NCBI GenBank assembly: GCA_049969675.1
Contig: JBMFOP010000069.1
Location: 1 to 16,011, forward strand
DNA length: 16,011 bases
DNA from: Myxococcota bacterium
GTDB taxonomy: Bacteria; Myxococcota; SpSt-1050
Direction: 5' to 3'
Shown: positions 7,162-16,011 of the stretch, piece after piece
Layout: the number at the start of each line of letters is the position of its first letter
Position numbering within the stretch: the stretch's first letter is position 1
The notes under the pieces: generated by a model
Told to the model about the DNA's origin: nothing
Databases searched by the model: none
What the model saw: only the letters and a program-made list of their open reading frames with translations
Position numbers and translations under genes: made by a program

Positions 7162-8859
7162 ATGTCAGAACTAAATCCTGTTGATATCCTCTGGAAGAGA
7201 ATACTCCCCAGAATTCCTGTAGAGATAGTTCCTCTGCTCGGTCAACTGCTCTTTATACGTTCGTGGGGGAGGTTTGATGAGGCTGTAAAGGACCCTGAAA
7301 GATTTCAGAGAGATAGAATAAGGGAGATCCTTGAGAGGAATATGGATACAGAATTCGGTAGAAAATATGGCTTTTCACAGATAAAGAGTCCCGAGGAATA
7401 TAGGGATAAAGTCCCAATTCAAAACTATGATTTACTTGAACCATATATTGAAAAGATAAAAGATGGTGAGAAGAATATTCTCACATCTGATGAGGTGATA
7501 TTCTTTGGCAGGACAAGTGGGACGACGGGTGCGGCAAAATTTATTCCGGTCACAAGGTCCTTTCTTCAGGAATATAAACTTCCGAGAAGGGTGTGGATGA
7601 GACAGGTTATAAATGAGATGCCCGGGCTGGTCTATGGCAGGTTGTTGACTATTCATTCCCCAAAGATTGAAGGGAGGACGAGGGGAGGTATCCCTTATGG
7701 TTCAATCACTGTTGCAATGGGTGCAGATAATCTTGGACTACCTATTGCAAGGGGTTTTCATGAGATACCGATGGAGGTATTCTTCATTGATGATTTTGAT
7801 GCAAAGTATTATTACATATTGAGATTTGCACTTGAGATGGAGATATCGGTTATAGCTGCAATAAATCCATCAACAATCCTTTTGTTTGTTAAGAAGCTCA
7901 CAGAGCATTCAGATAGATTGATAAAGGACCTTAAAAATGGAGATATAGATCCAGATTTCAAAGTTGATAGGATTGTGAGACAGAGGTTATTAAAATTATT
8001 GAAACCCAATCATCAGATGGCAGAAAAAATCGGCTTGAGCAGAGATAAACACGGCTTTGTAAAGCCTGTTGAGATATGGAAGAGGCTCTGCGGACTTATG
8101 TGCTGGAAGGGTGGATTTGGTTCGTACTATATCTCACAGTTTGAACCTTACTTTGATAACCTCCCGATTATGGACTATGGATATGCCGCCACCGAAGGGA
8201 ACTTTGCCATCCCAATCTCAACTAAAAGAGATGACAACGTGCTGATTCCATACGGGCACTTTTTAGAATTCATCTCAGAGCGGGATTCAAAGCCGTATTT
8301 TATGTGGGAACTCAAAAGGGGTGAGAGATATAAGGTGATCATCACTGCCTCAAATGGTCTATATCGGTATGATATTAATGATATAGTGGAGGTAACAGAT
8401 TTTTATGATAGGACTCCCTGTATCAAATTTTTGCACAAAGGGGGAAATGTAGTCTCAATAACTGGAGAGAAGGTCACGGAATCCCATATAATAAAGGTTA
8501 TGTCTCAACTAAATAGCAAACTCGGATTTAAACTCAAGGGATTTACTGTAACTATTTCACTTGATGATACCCCAAAATATGTACTTGCGATAGAGCCAGA
8601 GGGATTGATTGGAGAGGAGAGCAGGAGGATAATTATTGAGGAGTTTGACCGTCTTTTAAGAGATGCGAATATTGAGTATGATTCAAAACGTAAGAGCCAG
8701 AGACTCTCTCCACCTGAACTTATTGTGCTAAAAAATGGCTTTTTTGAGAGGTATCGTATCCACCAGATTGAAAATGGTGCCCCTGATGCACACCTCAAGC
8801 CTCCGCACCTGACTATTAAGAAGGAGCTTCTGGACCTTTTATTATCCGAAAAGGAGTAG
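7162..8859 (+). CDS. GH3 family acyl-acid amido synthetase (ANL superfamily), 565 aa
   Basis: RTSGTTGAAKFIP P-loop, YGYAATEG, LYRYDINDIV, GEKV. N-terminal NMDTEFGRKYGF...VPIQNYD is typical of GH3. Confidence 0.9.
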   Translation: MSELNPVDILWKRILPRIPVEIVPLLGQLLFIRSWGRFDEAVKDPERFQRDRIREILERNMDTEFGRKYGFSQIKSPEEYRDKVPIQNYDLLEPYIEKIKDGEKNILTSDEVIFFGRTSGTTGAAKFIPVTRSFLQEYKLPRRVWMRQVINEMPGLVYGRLLTIHSPKIEGRTRGGIPYGSITVAMGADNLGLPIARGFHEIPMEVFFIDDFDAKYYYILRFALEMEISVIAAINPSTILLFVKKLTEHSDRLIKDLKNGDIDPDFKVDRIVRQRLLKLLKPNHQMAEKIGLSRDKHGFVKPVEIWKRLCGLMCWKGGFGSYYISQFEPYFDNLPIMDYGYAATEGNFAIPISTKRDDNVLIPYGHFLEFISERDSKPYFMWELKRGERYKVIITASNGLYRYDINDIVEVTDFYDRTPCIKFLHKGGNVVSITGEKVTESHIIKVMSQLNSKLGFKLKGFTVTISLDDTPKYVLAIEPEGLIGEESRRIIIEEFDRLLRDANIEYDSKRKSQRLSPPELIVLKNGFFERYRIHQIENGAPDAHLKPPHLTIKKELLDLLLSEKE

Positions 8860-8861
8860 AG

Positions 8862-9518
8862 ATGAGATTATTTGGTAGAGAGATCAAGGCAGTGACATTT
8901 GATATGGATGGGACATTGTATAACTCGGCGAGGCTCTTAATAAAGATTCTGCCCGAGGTGTTAAAAAACAGGAGATTTATTGTAGAATTTTACAGAGTGA
9001 GGGAGTCTTTAAGAAGAGAAGGGTTCAAGGGTGATATCAGAAGGGAGGTCATAAAGAGACTATCACACAAACTTATAATTGCAGAATCTGATATAGAATA
9101 TATGATTGATGAAACTATTTACAGGTTGTTTGCATCCAGAATAGATAGAAGACTCTTATTTAAGGGATTAAGAGATTTTATAGATATGCTCAAGGCAAAT
9201 GATGTAAGGCTCGGAATAATATCTGATTTTCCGATTGAGGAGAAACTGATGAGGCTCGGTTTATACTTTGAGCCGTGGCGGGCTTTGATAAATACAGAGG
9301 ATATAGGGGCACTCAAACCATCTATTGAGCCATTTCAGAGGGCAGCAGAATTACTGGCTGTAGAACCCGGACATATACTTCATATTGGAGATAGAGAGGA
9401 TTCAGATGTGGCTGGTGCGAAGCGAGCTGGATTTATCTCTGCAAGGCTCAAGAGATTCGGGAGGCTCAAATCAAAGGCAGATATTATCTTCAGGTCATAC
9501 ACAGAATTTATTATCTAA
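8862..9518 (+). CDS. HAD-superfamily hydrolase (subfamily IA)
   Basis: Motifs FDMDGTLY, IISD, KP and HIGDREDSDVAGAKRAG. Confidence 0.9.
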   Translation: MRLFGREIKAVTFDMDGTLYNSARLLIKILPEVLKNRRFIVEFYRVRESLRREGFKGDIRREVIKRLSHKLIIAESDIEYMIDETIYRLFASRIDRRLLFKGLRDFIDMLKANDVRLGIISDFPIEEKLMRLGLYFEPWRALINTEDIGALKPSIEPFQRAAELLAVEPGHILHIGDREDSDVAGAKRAGFISARLKRFGRLKSKADIIFRSYTEFII

Positions 9519-9530
9519 TCGGAGGTAATT

Positions 9531-10523
9531 ATGGAATTTTCAAAGATTAAAGAATTGAGGGAGAGTAAGCGGGCATTTAAGTCCGATAAGGTCTCTCTGG
9601 AGAAGATTTATAAGATTTTAGATACAGCAAGGTGGTCTCCATCTGCTGCAAATATGCAGCCCGCAAGATTTCTGGTATTAAATACTAAAGAGAGTATTGA
9701 GAAGATAAGACCAGCACTTGCGGAGGGGAATTACTGGGCTCTGGCTGCCCCAGTGATAGTCGTTGTCTTTTCAAAGCCCGAACTGGATTATCAGAGTGAC
9801 AGGATAAGATATTATGCTTTTGATTCTGGACAGGCAGTAATGAGTCTAATTTATGCCGCGGTTGATAATGGCTTGATGGCTCATCCAATGGCGGGATTTG
9901 ATGGAGAGAAAGTGAAAGCGATATTTAAAATCCCATCAGATATGGATGTTATTATAGTTATAGCAATTGGATATAAGGGGAATAGTAATGAGCTGGATGA
10001 AGTTACCAGAAAGAAAGATATGAAAGAGCGAACAAGAAAACCTATCTCAGAATTGGCATTTATAAATGATATAGAAAGAAAGCTTAATATTGAAAGGCTT
10101 GAACCAGAGAAATATTTTGAAACGCCAATTGATATCAGGTTTAATGATATAGATTTGATTGGACATGTGAATAATGCCACATTTCTTACCTATTTTGAAG
10201 AGGCGAGGTGGAGATTCTTTGCAGAGATTTACGGGAAGGAGAATATTACAAAAATCAATTTTATAATAGCATCCATCTCTATTGACTATGAGAGTCCTAT
10301 ATTTCCACTTGATGAGCCAGTGGTGAAGATGTGGGTAAGTGATATAGGTAGAACGAGCTTTAAATTCAATTACAGAATAGTCTCGAAAGATAGGAGTAAG
10401 CTGTTTGCGAGCGGAAATTCTGTTCAGGTCTTCTATGATTATGCAGAGAACAGGCCTATACAGGTCCCTGAAGAATTTATAGAAAGGGCTGCCCCATATA
10501 TGGAGAGATATAAGTTGATTTAA
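9531..10523 (+). CDS. Nitroreductase / acyl-CoA thioesterase (hotdog, 4HBT/YbgC-like) fusion
   Basis: N-terminal ~180 aa nitroreductase (ARWSPSAANMQP, FDSGQA, GLMAHPMAGFD, IAIGY). C-terminal DIRFNDIDLIGHVNNATFLTYFEEAR thioesterase motif. Confidence 0.88.
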   Translation: MEFSKIKELRESKRAFKSDKVSLEKIYKILDTARWSPSAANMQPARFLVLNTKESIEKIRPALAEGNYWALAAPVIVVVFSKPELDYQSDRIRYYAFDSGQAVMSLIYAAVDNGLMAHPMAGFDGEKVKAIFKIPSDMDVIIVIAIGYKGNSNELDEVTRKKDMKERTRKPISELAFINDIERKLNIERLEPEKYFETPIDIRFNDIDLIGHVNNATFLTYFEEARWRFFAEIYGKENITKINFIIASISIDYESPIFPLDEPVVKMWVSDIGRTSFKFNYRIVSKDRSKLFASGNSVQVFYDYAENRPIQVPEEFIERAAPYMERYKLI

Positions 10524-10584
10524 AAAAATTGAACATTTAAGACTTATGTGTTATCTGATGCAGGCTTTTTCTATTGAGGGTCTA

Positions 10585-11247
10585 ATGAATAGGCTTGCGT
10601 TTGCATTTGACCTTGATGGGACTGTTGTGGATTCTCGCTCTGATATTGTAAGCTCCGTCAATCTTACATTGGGATATTTTGGTCTTCCAGCCCTGCCATT
10701 TGAGAGAATAGTCTCTTATGTAGGAAATGGTGCAAGGGTCCTGATGGAGCGTGTGCTTGGAGAAAATCTTATGGTAATCAATCTGGATGAGGCAGTAAAG
10801 AAGTTCAGGGAGATCTACCTTGAGCATTGTGTGGACGAATCATATATATTTCCTCATATTGCAGACTGTTTTGATATTATTAAATCTGGCGGTCATATCC
10901 TCTTCTTAATTACCAACAAACCATCTCCTCACTCCGAAAAGATATTGAGGCATTTTGGTTTATTTGATAAATTTGATGAGATATTCTGTCAGGATACTAT
11001 GAAGGCATTAAAGCCAGACCCAATAACAATTATTGAATTACTCAATAGGTATCACCTCTCTCCCGATAACTTCTATATGATTGGCGACTCAAGGGTAGAT
11101 ATGGAGTTTGCAACCAGTTCAAATGTGAGGTCAATTATGGTAGGTTATGGAGGTGTGATTGGTGAGGAGGAATTTATTACCACCGGTGCAGACTATAAAG
11201 TGAAGAGACCAGAAGAATTAAAGAACCTAATTTTATCACTAATGTAA
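10585..11247 (+). CDS. gph: HAD hydrolase, phosphoglycolate phosphatase-like (start revised to ATG 10585)
   Basis: FDLDGTVVDS, YVGNGARVL, ITNK, KPDP and MIGDSRVD. SD GAGGG precedes ATG 10585. Confidence 0.75.
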   Translation: MNRLAFAFDLDGTVVDSRSDIVSSVNLTLGYFGLPALPFERIVSYVGNGARVLMERVLGENLMVINLDEAVKKFREIYLEHCVDESYIFPHIADCFDIIKSGGHILFLITNKPSPHSEKILRHFGLFDKFDEIFCQDTMKALKPDPITIIELLNRYHLSPDNFYMIGDSRVDMEFATSSNVRSIMVGYGGVIGEEEFITTGADYKVKRPEELKNLILSLM

Positions 11248-11305
11248 TAACGACTTAAAAAGAAATAAAATTTCTTTTTTATCCGGGATAAAATATGATA
11301 AATTA

Positions 11306-11361
11306 CACATCTGACCAAAATAAATTTTACTTCTAAAAGTTGATGATTTTGGACAGCGGTG
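11306..11361. mobile_element. 56-bp miniature inverted-repeat element with target-site duplication
   Basis: Ends CACATCTGACCAAAAT and revcomp CACCGCTGTCCAAAAT match at 13/16. Flanked by GATAAATTA (11297-11305) and GATAAATTG (11362-11370). Confidence 0.6.
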
Positions 11362-11621
11362 GATAAATTGCAGTGTTTAATAGAAATGGAGTTGTGTAAT
11401 GCCATTAGATTCGGGCAGACTAAAGAAGGGGTAGAATCAAAAATTCCCTTACTTTGATAAATCATTTTGTGTATAGTATATTCTTATTTGAGTTATCAGA
11501 GGTAGACATAATATTGGAGAATATCAAATCAGAGGATGTGACTTAGATTTATCAATTGTAGATAATTTTAACCCCAAGGGAAGAGATAGATAGCGGTTAT
11601 ATGTGTTGCCTTTGATGGTAA

Positions 11622-13103
11622 TTAGAAAAGTTGGGAGATTCTATTGTCTCTTCCGAGTAACTTTTCGTAGAGGGCTATATATTTCTTTGCTGATACTGTC
11701 CAGCTGAAGTCAAATTCCATTATCCTCCTGATATATTTTTCTATATCTCTCTCTTCACGATAAAATCTTAGTGCCCTTTCTATTGTCTTTAGAAGTTCGT
11801 CTGCACTGTATTCATAAAATTTGAATCCGTTCCCTCTCTCTCTATCTGCATCCAGATCTATAATAGTGTCGTCAAGTCCTCCGACACCTCTAACGATGGG
11901 GAATGTCCCATATCTGAGTGAATACATCTGATTCAATCCACAGGGTTCATATCTGGAAGGCATAAGGAAGAAGTCGCTCCCCGCCTCTATCAGATGGGCA
12001 AGTGTATTATCAAATCCGAGCAGAAGCCCAATCGTATCAGGATATCTCTTTTTCAATTCAGTGAAATGGTCGTGATATTTCTTATCTCCTGTGCCAAGGA
12101 TTACAAACTTTGCCCCGAGGTTTAAGAGTCTATCCCTCAATTCAAATAGCAGGTCAAAACCCTTCTGGTCCGCGAGTCTGCTGATGATTCCAATTACAGC
12201 CCTATTCTCTTCGTATTTTAATCCCATCATATTTAATAATGTCTTCTTGCATTCAACCTTCCCTGATAGGTCTTTTCTGGAATATCTTTTTGGAAGCAAT
12301 GTATCCAGCGATGGGTCCCAGACGGAGTAATCAACACCATTTAATATCCCATAGAGGTCCGCATTTCGCTCCTGAAGTACACCCTCAAGCCCACAGCCGT
12401 ATTCTGGGGTTTTGATCTCTTCTGCATACTTCTTACTAACTGTTGTAATTGCATCTGCAAACACCAATCCAGCCTTTAAGAAGTTGAGTTTCCCGTAGTA
12501 CTCCAATTGTCTATAATTAAAGAGAGACCAGGGGAGCATCAATATATCCATTGTATTTGCATCAAATATCCCCTGATATGCCATGTTGTGGATCGTAATT
12601 AGACTCTTTGCGCCGGAGAAGAAGGAGTCCTGAGAGTATATACATTTTAGAAATACCGGGACAATGCCGGTCTGCCAGTCGTTGCAGTGAATTATATCAG
12701 GGGCGAAGTTAAGGGATTTTAATACCTCAAATACAGACCTTGAAAACAAGCCAAATCTTTCGTGATTGTCGGGGTAGTCCTTATTTCCTTCTCCATATAG
12801 ATTGTCGCGCTTGAAATATTTCTCACAATGCAAAAATAAGAATCTTATTCCGGGATTCGGTCTATAATCAAGGTTTTCATATACATCCACACTCTCCATT
12901 CTGCCAGCAATCGGGACGAATATACTTCTTTTGATAGGCACAATATTATATTTTCTAATATCTACAGTTTTATAAAGTGGTGAGTATACAATAATATCAT
13001 TTCCTTCCTGAGCCAGTTCGATTGGGAGTGCCCCTGATACATCGGCGAGTCCGCCAGTCTTTGAGAATGGAACAACTTCTGGCGTAATAAATGCTATCTT
13101 CAT
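11622..13103 (-). CDS. glgA: Glycogen synthase (GT5)
   Basis: KTGGLADV, HCNDWQTG, TIHNMAYQG, SRLADQKG and PSRYEPCGLNQMYSLRYGT. SD GGAGG. Confidence 0.97.
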   Translation of the reverse strand: MKIAFITPEVVPFSKTGGLADVSGALPIELAQEGNDIIVYSPLYKTVDIRKYNIVPIKRSIFVPIAGRMESVDVYENLDYRPNPGIRFLFLHCEKYFKRDNLYGEGNKDYPDNHERFGLFSRSVFEVLKSLNFAPDIIHCNDWQTGIVPVFLKCIYSQDSFFSGAKSLITIHNMAYQGIFDANTMDILMLPWSLFNYRQLEYYGKLNFLKAGLVFADAITTVSKKYAEEIKTPEYGCGLEGVLQERNADLYGILNGVDYSVWDPSLDTLLPKRYSRKDLSGKVECKKTLLNMMGLKYEENRAVIGIISRLADQKGFDLLFELRDRLLNLGAKFVILGTGDKKYHDHFTELKKRYPDTIGLLLGFDNTLAHLIEAGSDFFLMPSRYEPCGLNQMYSLRYGTFPIVRGVGGLDDTIIDLDADRERGNGFKFYEYSADELLKTIERALRFYREERDIEKYIRRIMEFDFSWTVSAKKYIALYEKLLGRDNRISQLF

Positions 13104-13124
13104 AACAACCTCCAGCGGGCGGTG

Positions 13125-13153
13125 ATATTAGATGGATTTGACTCAATATTCAA
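13125..13153 (-). promoter_or_regulatory. Possible sigma70 promoter for glgA
   Basis: Minus strand TTGAAT-17 bp-TAATAT in the hypE-glgA spacer. Confidence 0.4.
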
Positions 13154-13185
13154 GGAAAAAATCAGTTATAAGAGGGGTCGTCACA

Positions 13186-14202
13186 TCAGCAGATTCTTGG
13201 GAGCTGGGCTCCAGCGAGCATATCCACAATTCTATGCCCGCCAATTCTGGTATGAAGGATTAGGTCTGTCCCATTCTGATTTAATACAGAGCCTATAATT
13301 GCCGAATCTCTTCCATCTGGATGCTCTCTCATACTCTTTAAGAGTATCTCTGCATCCTCTCTCTTTACAAAGACTACAACCCTACCTTCACAGGCAACAT
13401 ATAGGGGGTCAAGTCCCAGGATATCAAGGGCAGATTTTACATTTTCTTTAATTGGGATTGACCCTTCTTCAAAAATGATATTCTTATTTATGCTCAGAGC
13501 AAATTCCTTAAGGGTTGTGGCAATTCCTCCCCTTGTGGGGTCTCTCATCGCATGAATCTCTGCACCAGATTTGATAATATGTTCTATCAATGAATTAAGT
13601 GCATTTGTATCGCTCTTAATATCCGAATAGAATGGGATCTCGCCTCTTGAAAGCATTACATCAGTCCCGTGGTCGGCTATGGTCCCTGAGATTATTATTC
13701 TATCTCCAGCCTCTATTCTGTGTGCGCCAAAATCTCTACCTTCCGGGATTATCCCTATGCCGGATGTGTTTATAAATATCTTATCTGCCTTTCCTCTCTC
13801 TACAACCTTTGTATCACCTGTTACAATTCTGACACCAGCCCTGATTGCCGCCCTCTTTATACTCTCAAGAATCTTCTCAAAGTCAGAGATAGGAAGTCCT
13901 TCTTCAATAATAAAGCCGCAGCTCAGATATAATGGAATTGCGCCGCCCACCGAGAGGTCGTTTACAGTTCCATTGACTGATAGTTCCCCTATATCCCCGC
14001 CCTTAAAAAATATAGGGTTTACGACATGCGAATCTGTGGTAAATGCGATCCTGTTGTGATTGAGAGTGAGTCTTGCCTGATCCTCAAGTATCTCTAACTC
14101 AGGACATCTAAGATACCTGAGTATCACCTCCTCAATGAGTGCCTTTGTGAGTTTTCCGCCCGAGCCATGTCCGAGCAGAATCTTTTCATCCTTCTGGTTC
14201 AT
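13186..14202 (-). CDS. hypE: [NiFe]-hydrogenase maturation protein HypE
   Basis: GHGSGGK, FTTDSHVV, GTVNDL, GDTKVV, MRDPTRGG and C-terminal PRIC. ATGA overlap with hypD. Confidence 0.97.
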   Translation of the reverse strand: MNQKDEKILLGHGSGGKLTKALIEEVILRYLRCPELEILEDQARLTLNHNRIAFTTDSHVVNPIFFKGGDIGELSVNGTVNDLSVGGAIPLYLSCGFIIEEGLPISDFEKILESIKRAAIRAGVRIVTGDTKVVERGKADKIFINTSGIGIIPEGRDFGAHRIEAGDRIIISGTIADHGTDVMLSRGEIPFYSDIKSDTNALNSLIEHIIKSGAEIHAMRDPTRGGIATTLKEFALSINKNIIFEEGSIPIKENVKSALDILGLDPLYVACEGRVVVFVKREDAEILLKSMREHPDGRDSAIIGSVLNQNGTDLILHTRIGGHRIVDMLAGAQLPRIC

Positions 14203-15266
14203 ACTCTCTTTCTGTATCTGTAATATGCGGCACAGCTACCCTCGGATGAGACCATACAGGCACCAACAGGATTTTCATAGGTACATACTTTTCCAAATAG
14301 TGGGCAATTCTCAGGTTCAATAAGCCCCTTTAAGACATCTCCGCATCTGCACCCCCTCGGTTCAACAGAGTTTAACTCAGGGATATCAACTCTCGTCTCA
14401 ATATCAAATTCTGCGAACTCCTTTTTGAGTCTCAGCCCGCTCTGAGGGATATTCCCAATACCTCTCCAGATTGAGTCAACCGGTTCAAAGAATTTTTCAA
14501 TGGAGCTCAACGCCCTTTTATTCCCTGCATAGTCAACTGTCCCTTTGTATTGATTTGCGATATAAAATTCGTTTTTTACAATTTGATTTAAAATAAGAAA
14601 GATTGCCTCAAGTATATGCTCGGGTTCAAATCCAGAGATTGCGCACCCCTTCTGGTACCTCTGAGCTAAAAACTCGTAAGGTCTTATCCCGATGATTGTA
14701 GAGACATGCCCGGGCAGTATAAATCCATCAATATTCAACTCTTCGCTTGTGGCAAGCACCTCAAGTGCTATCGGCACAGTCTTATGTGCACAGAGTATTG
14801 TAAGATTTTTGATATTCTCTCTTAAAGCCATTTCCAGTGTGCCTGATACCGCTGGAATGGTAGTCTCAAATCCGACTGCAAGAAATACCACTATCTTGTT
14901 ACTATGCCCCTTTGCAATATCTATAGCCTGAGCAGGGGAGTAGAGTACTCTAATATCACTACCAGATGCCCTTCTTGAGGATAGTGATTCTGTGGTCCCT
15001 GGAACTCTCATCAAATCGCCGAATGTGGTAATAATGATATCCTTTTGGTTTGAGAGCCATATAGCCTTATCTATATAATCCTGAGGTGTGACACATACCG
15101 GGCAGCCCGGGCCTGATACAAGTCTTATATTCTCTGGGAGGAGTTCTTTAAGTCCGCTCTTTGCGATTGAGACAGTATGGGTGCCACAGACCTCCATAAT
15201 ATTTATTCTTCTCTGTGGAGTAATCCTTCTGATGCCTTCAAGAATCTTTTCGGTTTCTATTCGCAT
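14199..15266 (-). CDS. hypD: [NiFe]-hydrogenase maturation protein HypD
   Basis: MEVCGTH, GPGCPVCVTP, GFETT, PGHVS and the C-terminal Fe-S Cys cluster (...CMVSSEGSCAAYY). Confidence 0.97.
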   Translation of the reverse strand: MRIETEKILEGIRRITPQRRINIMEVCGTHTVSIAKSGLKELLPENIRLVSGPGCPVCVTPQDYIDKAIWLSNQKDIIITTFGDLMRVPGTTESLSSRRASGSDIRVLYSPAQAIDIAKGHSNKIVVFLAVGFETTIPAVSGTLEMALRENIKNLTILCAHKTVPIALEVLATSEELNIDGFILPGHVSTIIGIRPYEFLAQRYQKGCAISGFEPEHILEAIFLILNQIVKNEFYIANQYKGTVDYAGNKRALSSIEKFFEPVDSIWRGIGNIPQSGLRLKKEFAEFDIETRVDIPELNSVEPRGCRCGDVLKGLIEPENCPLFGKVCTYENPVGACMVSSEGSCAAYYRYRKRV

Positions 15267-15487
15267 TATAGATTGGATGATAGTACTTCATTTAGCAGTC
15301 TTATTGTCTCAGAGGCATCTTCTTCGGAGAGCTTCTTTATGGCAAAGCCAGCGTGAATCAGGACGTAGTCTCCAACTCTTGCATCCTCTATCATATCCAG
15401 ATATGTCTCAACCGATGTGCCTCCCTGCTCACAAATAGCCTTATTGCCTTTGATCTCAACGATTCTCATAGGGATACCTAAACACAT
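15266..15487 (-). CDS. hypC: Hydrogenase assembly chaperone HypC, 73 aa (start revised to ATG 15487)
   Basis: MCLGIP N-terminus (HypC needs Cys2) and VGDYVLIHAGFAI. SD GAGGTG precedes the ATG. TAATG overlap with hypD. Confidence 0.95.
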   Translation of the reverse strand: MCLGIPMRIVEIKGNKAICEQGGTSVETYLDMIEDARVGDYVLIHAGFAIKKLSEEDASETIRLLNEVLSSNL

Positions 15488-15591
15488 CTCAGGCACCTCG
15501 CCATATTCTTATGTAATAATTGAAGTGATATGTCAACGGAAAAAATTTTATAAAGATGAAGTGGAATGAGTGTGCAAATAGAATTTATCTT

Positions 15592-15936
15592 TTATTCGCT
15601 CTGTAATATCTGGTCTGGAAGGTTGAGTTCTGTTAGATACCTGATTTCGCCCATATACATAAACGAGCCGGGTCTATTTGAGATATCCAGATAATTATAT
15701 AAAAATTCAAAGACAGTATCTGCCAGATCGTCTGTGAGAAGGATGGTCTGGATGCTCTTCTCCACATAGAAGAATTTCCCAACAAGTCTGGAATCCACTA
15801 CTGTAAGCCCACGGGCAGAATTGTAGAAAAATTTATCAATATTGAATCTGCTTTTTAGTTCATTGATAATCTTTGATGAATTCTCACCACTTGTGATAAG
15901 GGTAATAAACTTTCCATCTCTTTTAGTCATATTCAT
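15592..15936 (-). CDS. Atypical P-II/GlnB-like protein, ~114 aa (start revised to ATG 15936)
   Basis: Size and pattern (KFITLI...SARG...EKSIQTILLTDDLADTVFEFL...PGSFMYMGEI) fit the P-II fold. GGAG SD. Confidence 0.55.
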   Translation of the reverse strand: MNMTKRDGKFITLITSGENSSKIINELKSRFNIDKFFYNSARGLTVVDSRLVGKFFYVEKSIQTILLTDDLADTVFEFLYNYLDISNRPGSFMYMGEIRYLTELNLPDQILQSE

Positions 15937-15937
15937 T

Positions 15938-16009
15938 TTAATCTCCGCATTCAGATGTAATCTTTTCAATCAATTCGGGTGGGATATATGTCGCCGCTTT
16001 TAAGAGCGG
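15938..16009 (-). CDS. 3' end of an upstream gene (...PLLKAATYIPPELIEKITSECGD*)
   Basis: Open frame from the right edge to TAA at 15938-15940, one nt before the next ATG. Confidence 0.45.
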   Translation of the reverse strand, partial: PLLKAATYIPPELIEKITSECGD

Positions 16010-16011
16010 AG

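Noticed and set aside
11257..11455. Terminator hairpins between gph and glgA (11257-11293 and about 11422-11455)
   Set aside because: Stems are AT-rich, imperfect or have implausible loops, so they are not confidently callable.
7253..15438. Short opposite-strand ORFs within GH3, HAD, nitroreductase, gph, glgA and hyp genes, and the 11193-11465 ORF
   Set aside because: Antisense shadows. The 11193-11465 ORF spans the MITE and overlaps gph, with no protein-like features.
1..16011. CRISPR array, tRNA or rRNA genes
   Set aside because: No regularly spaced repeats. The only tRNA-like sequence is the tmRNA terminal domain.

Overview
AT-rich bacterial chromosomal window, tentatively from a Myxococcota- or Deltaproteobacteria-like organism (weak inference from the atypical T3SS, the sigma54 promoters and the tmRNA tag). 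The left part (1402-5938, minus strand) is a compact, divergent type III export operon: sctO/fliJ-like, tiny sctP/fliK-like, sctQ, fliO, sctR, sctS, sctT, sctU. It has a near-consensus sigma54 promoter and no ATPase, SctV/FlhA, ring, secretin, needle or flagellar structural genes in the window. A lipoprotein gene converges on it with zero gap and has its own sigma54 promoter, IHF site and tandem enhancer palindromes. A third sigma54 promoter upstream appears to drive an unannotated ~60-nt two-hairpin small RNA. The middle holds tmRNA (6292-6650, tag ANENLALAA) and a + strand cluster: GH3 amido-synthetase, HAD hydrolase, nitroreductase-thioesterase fusion and a Gph-like HAD. The right part (minus strand) has a P-II-like gene, hypC-hypD-hypE and glgA. 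Short IS-end/MITE-like repeats (CACCGCTGTCCAA) occur in intergenic regions.
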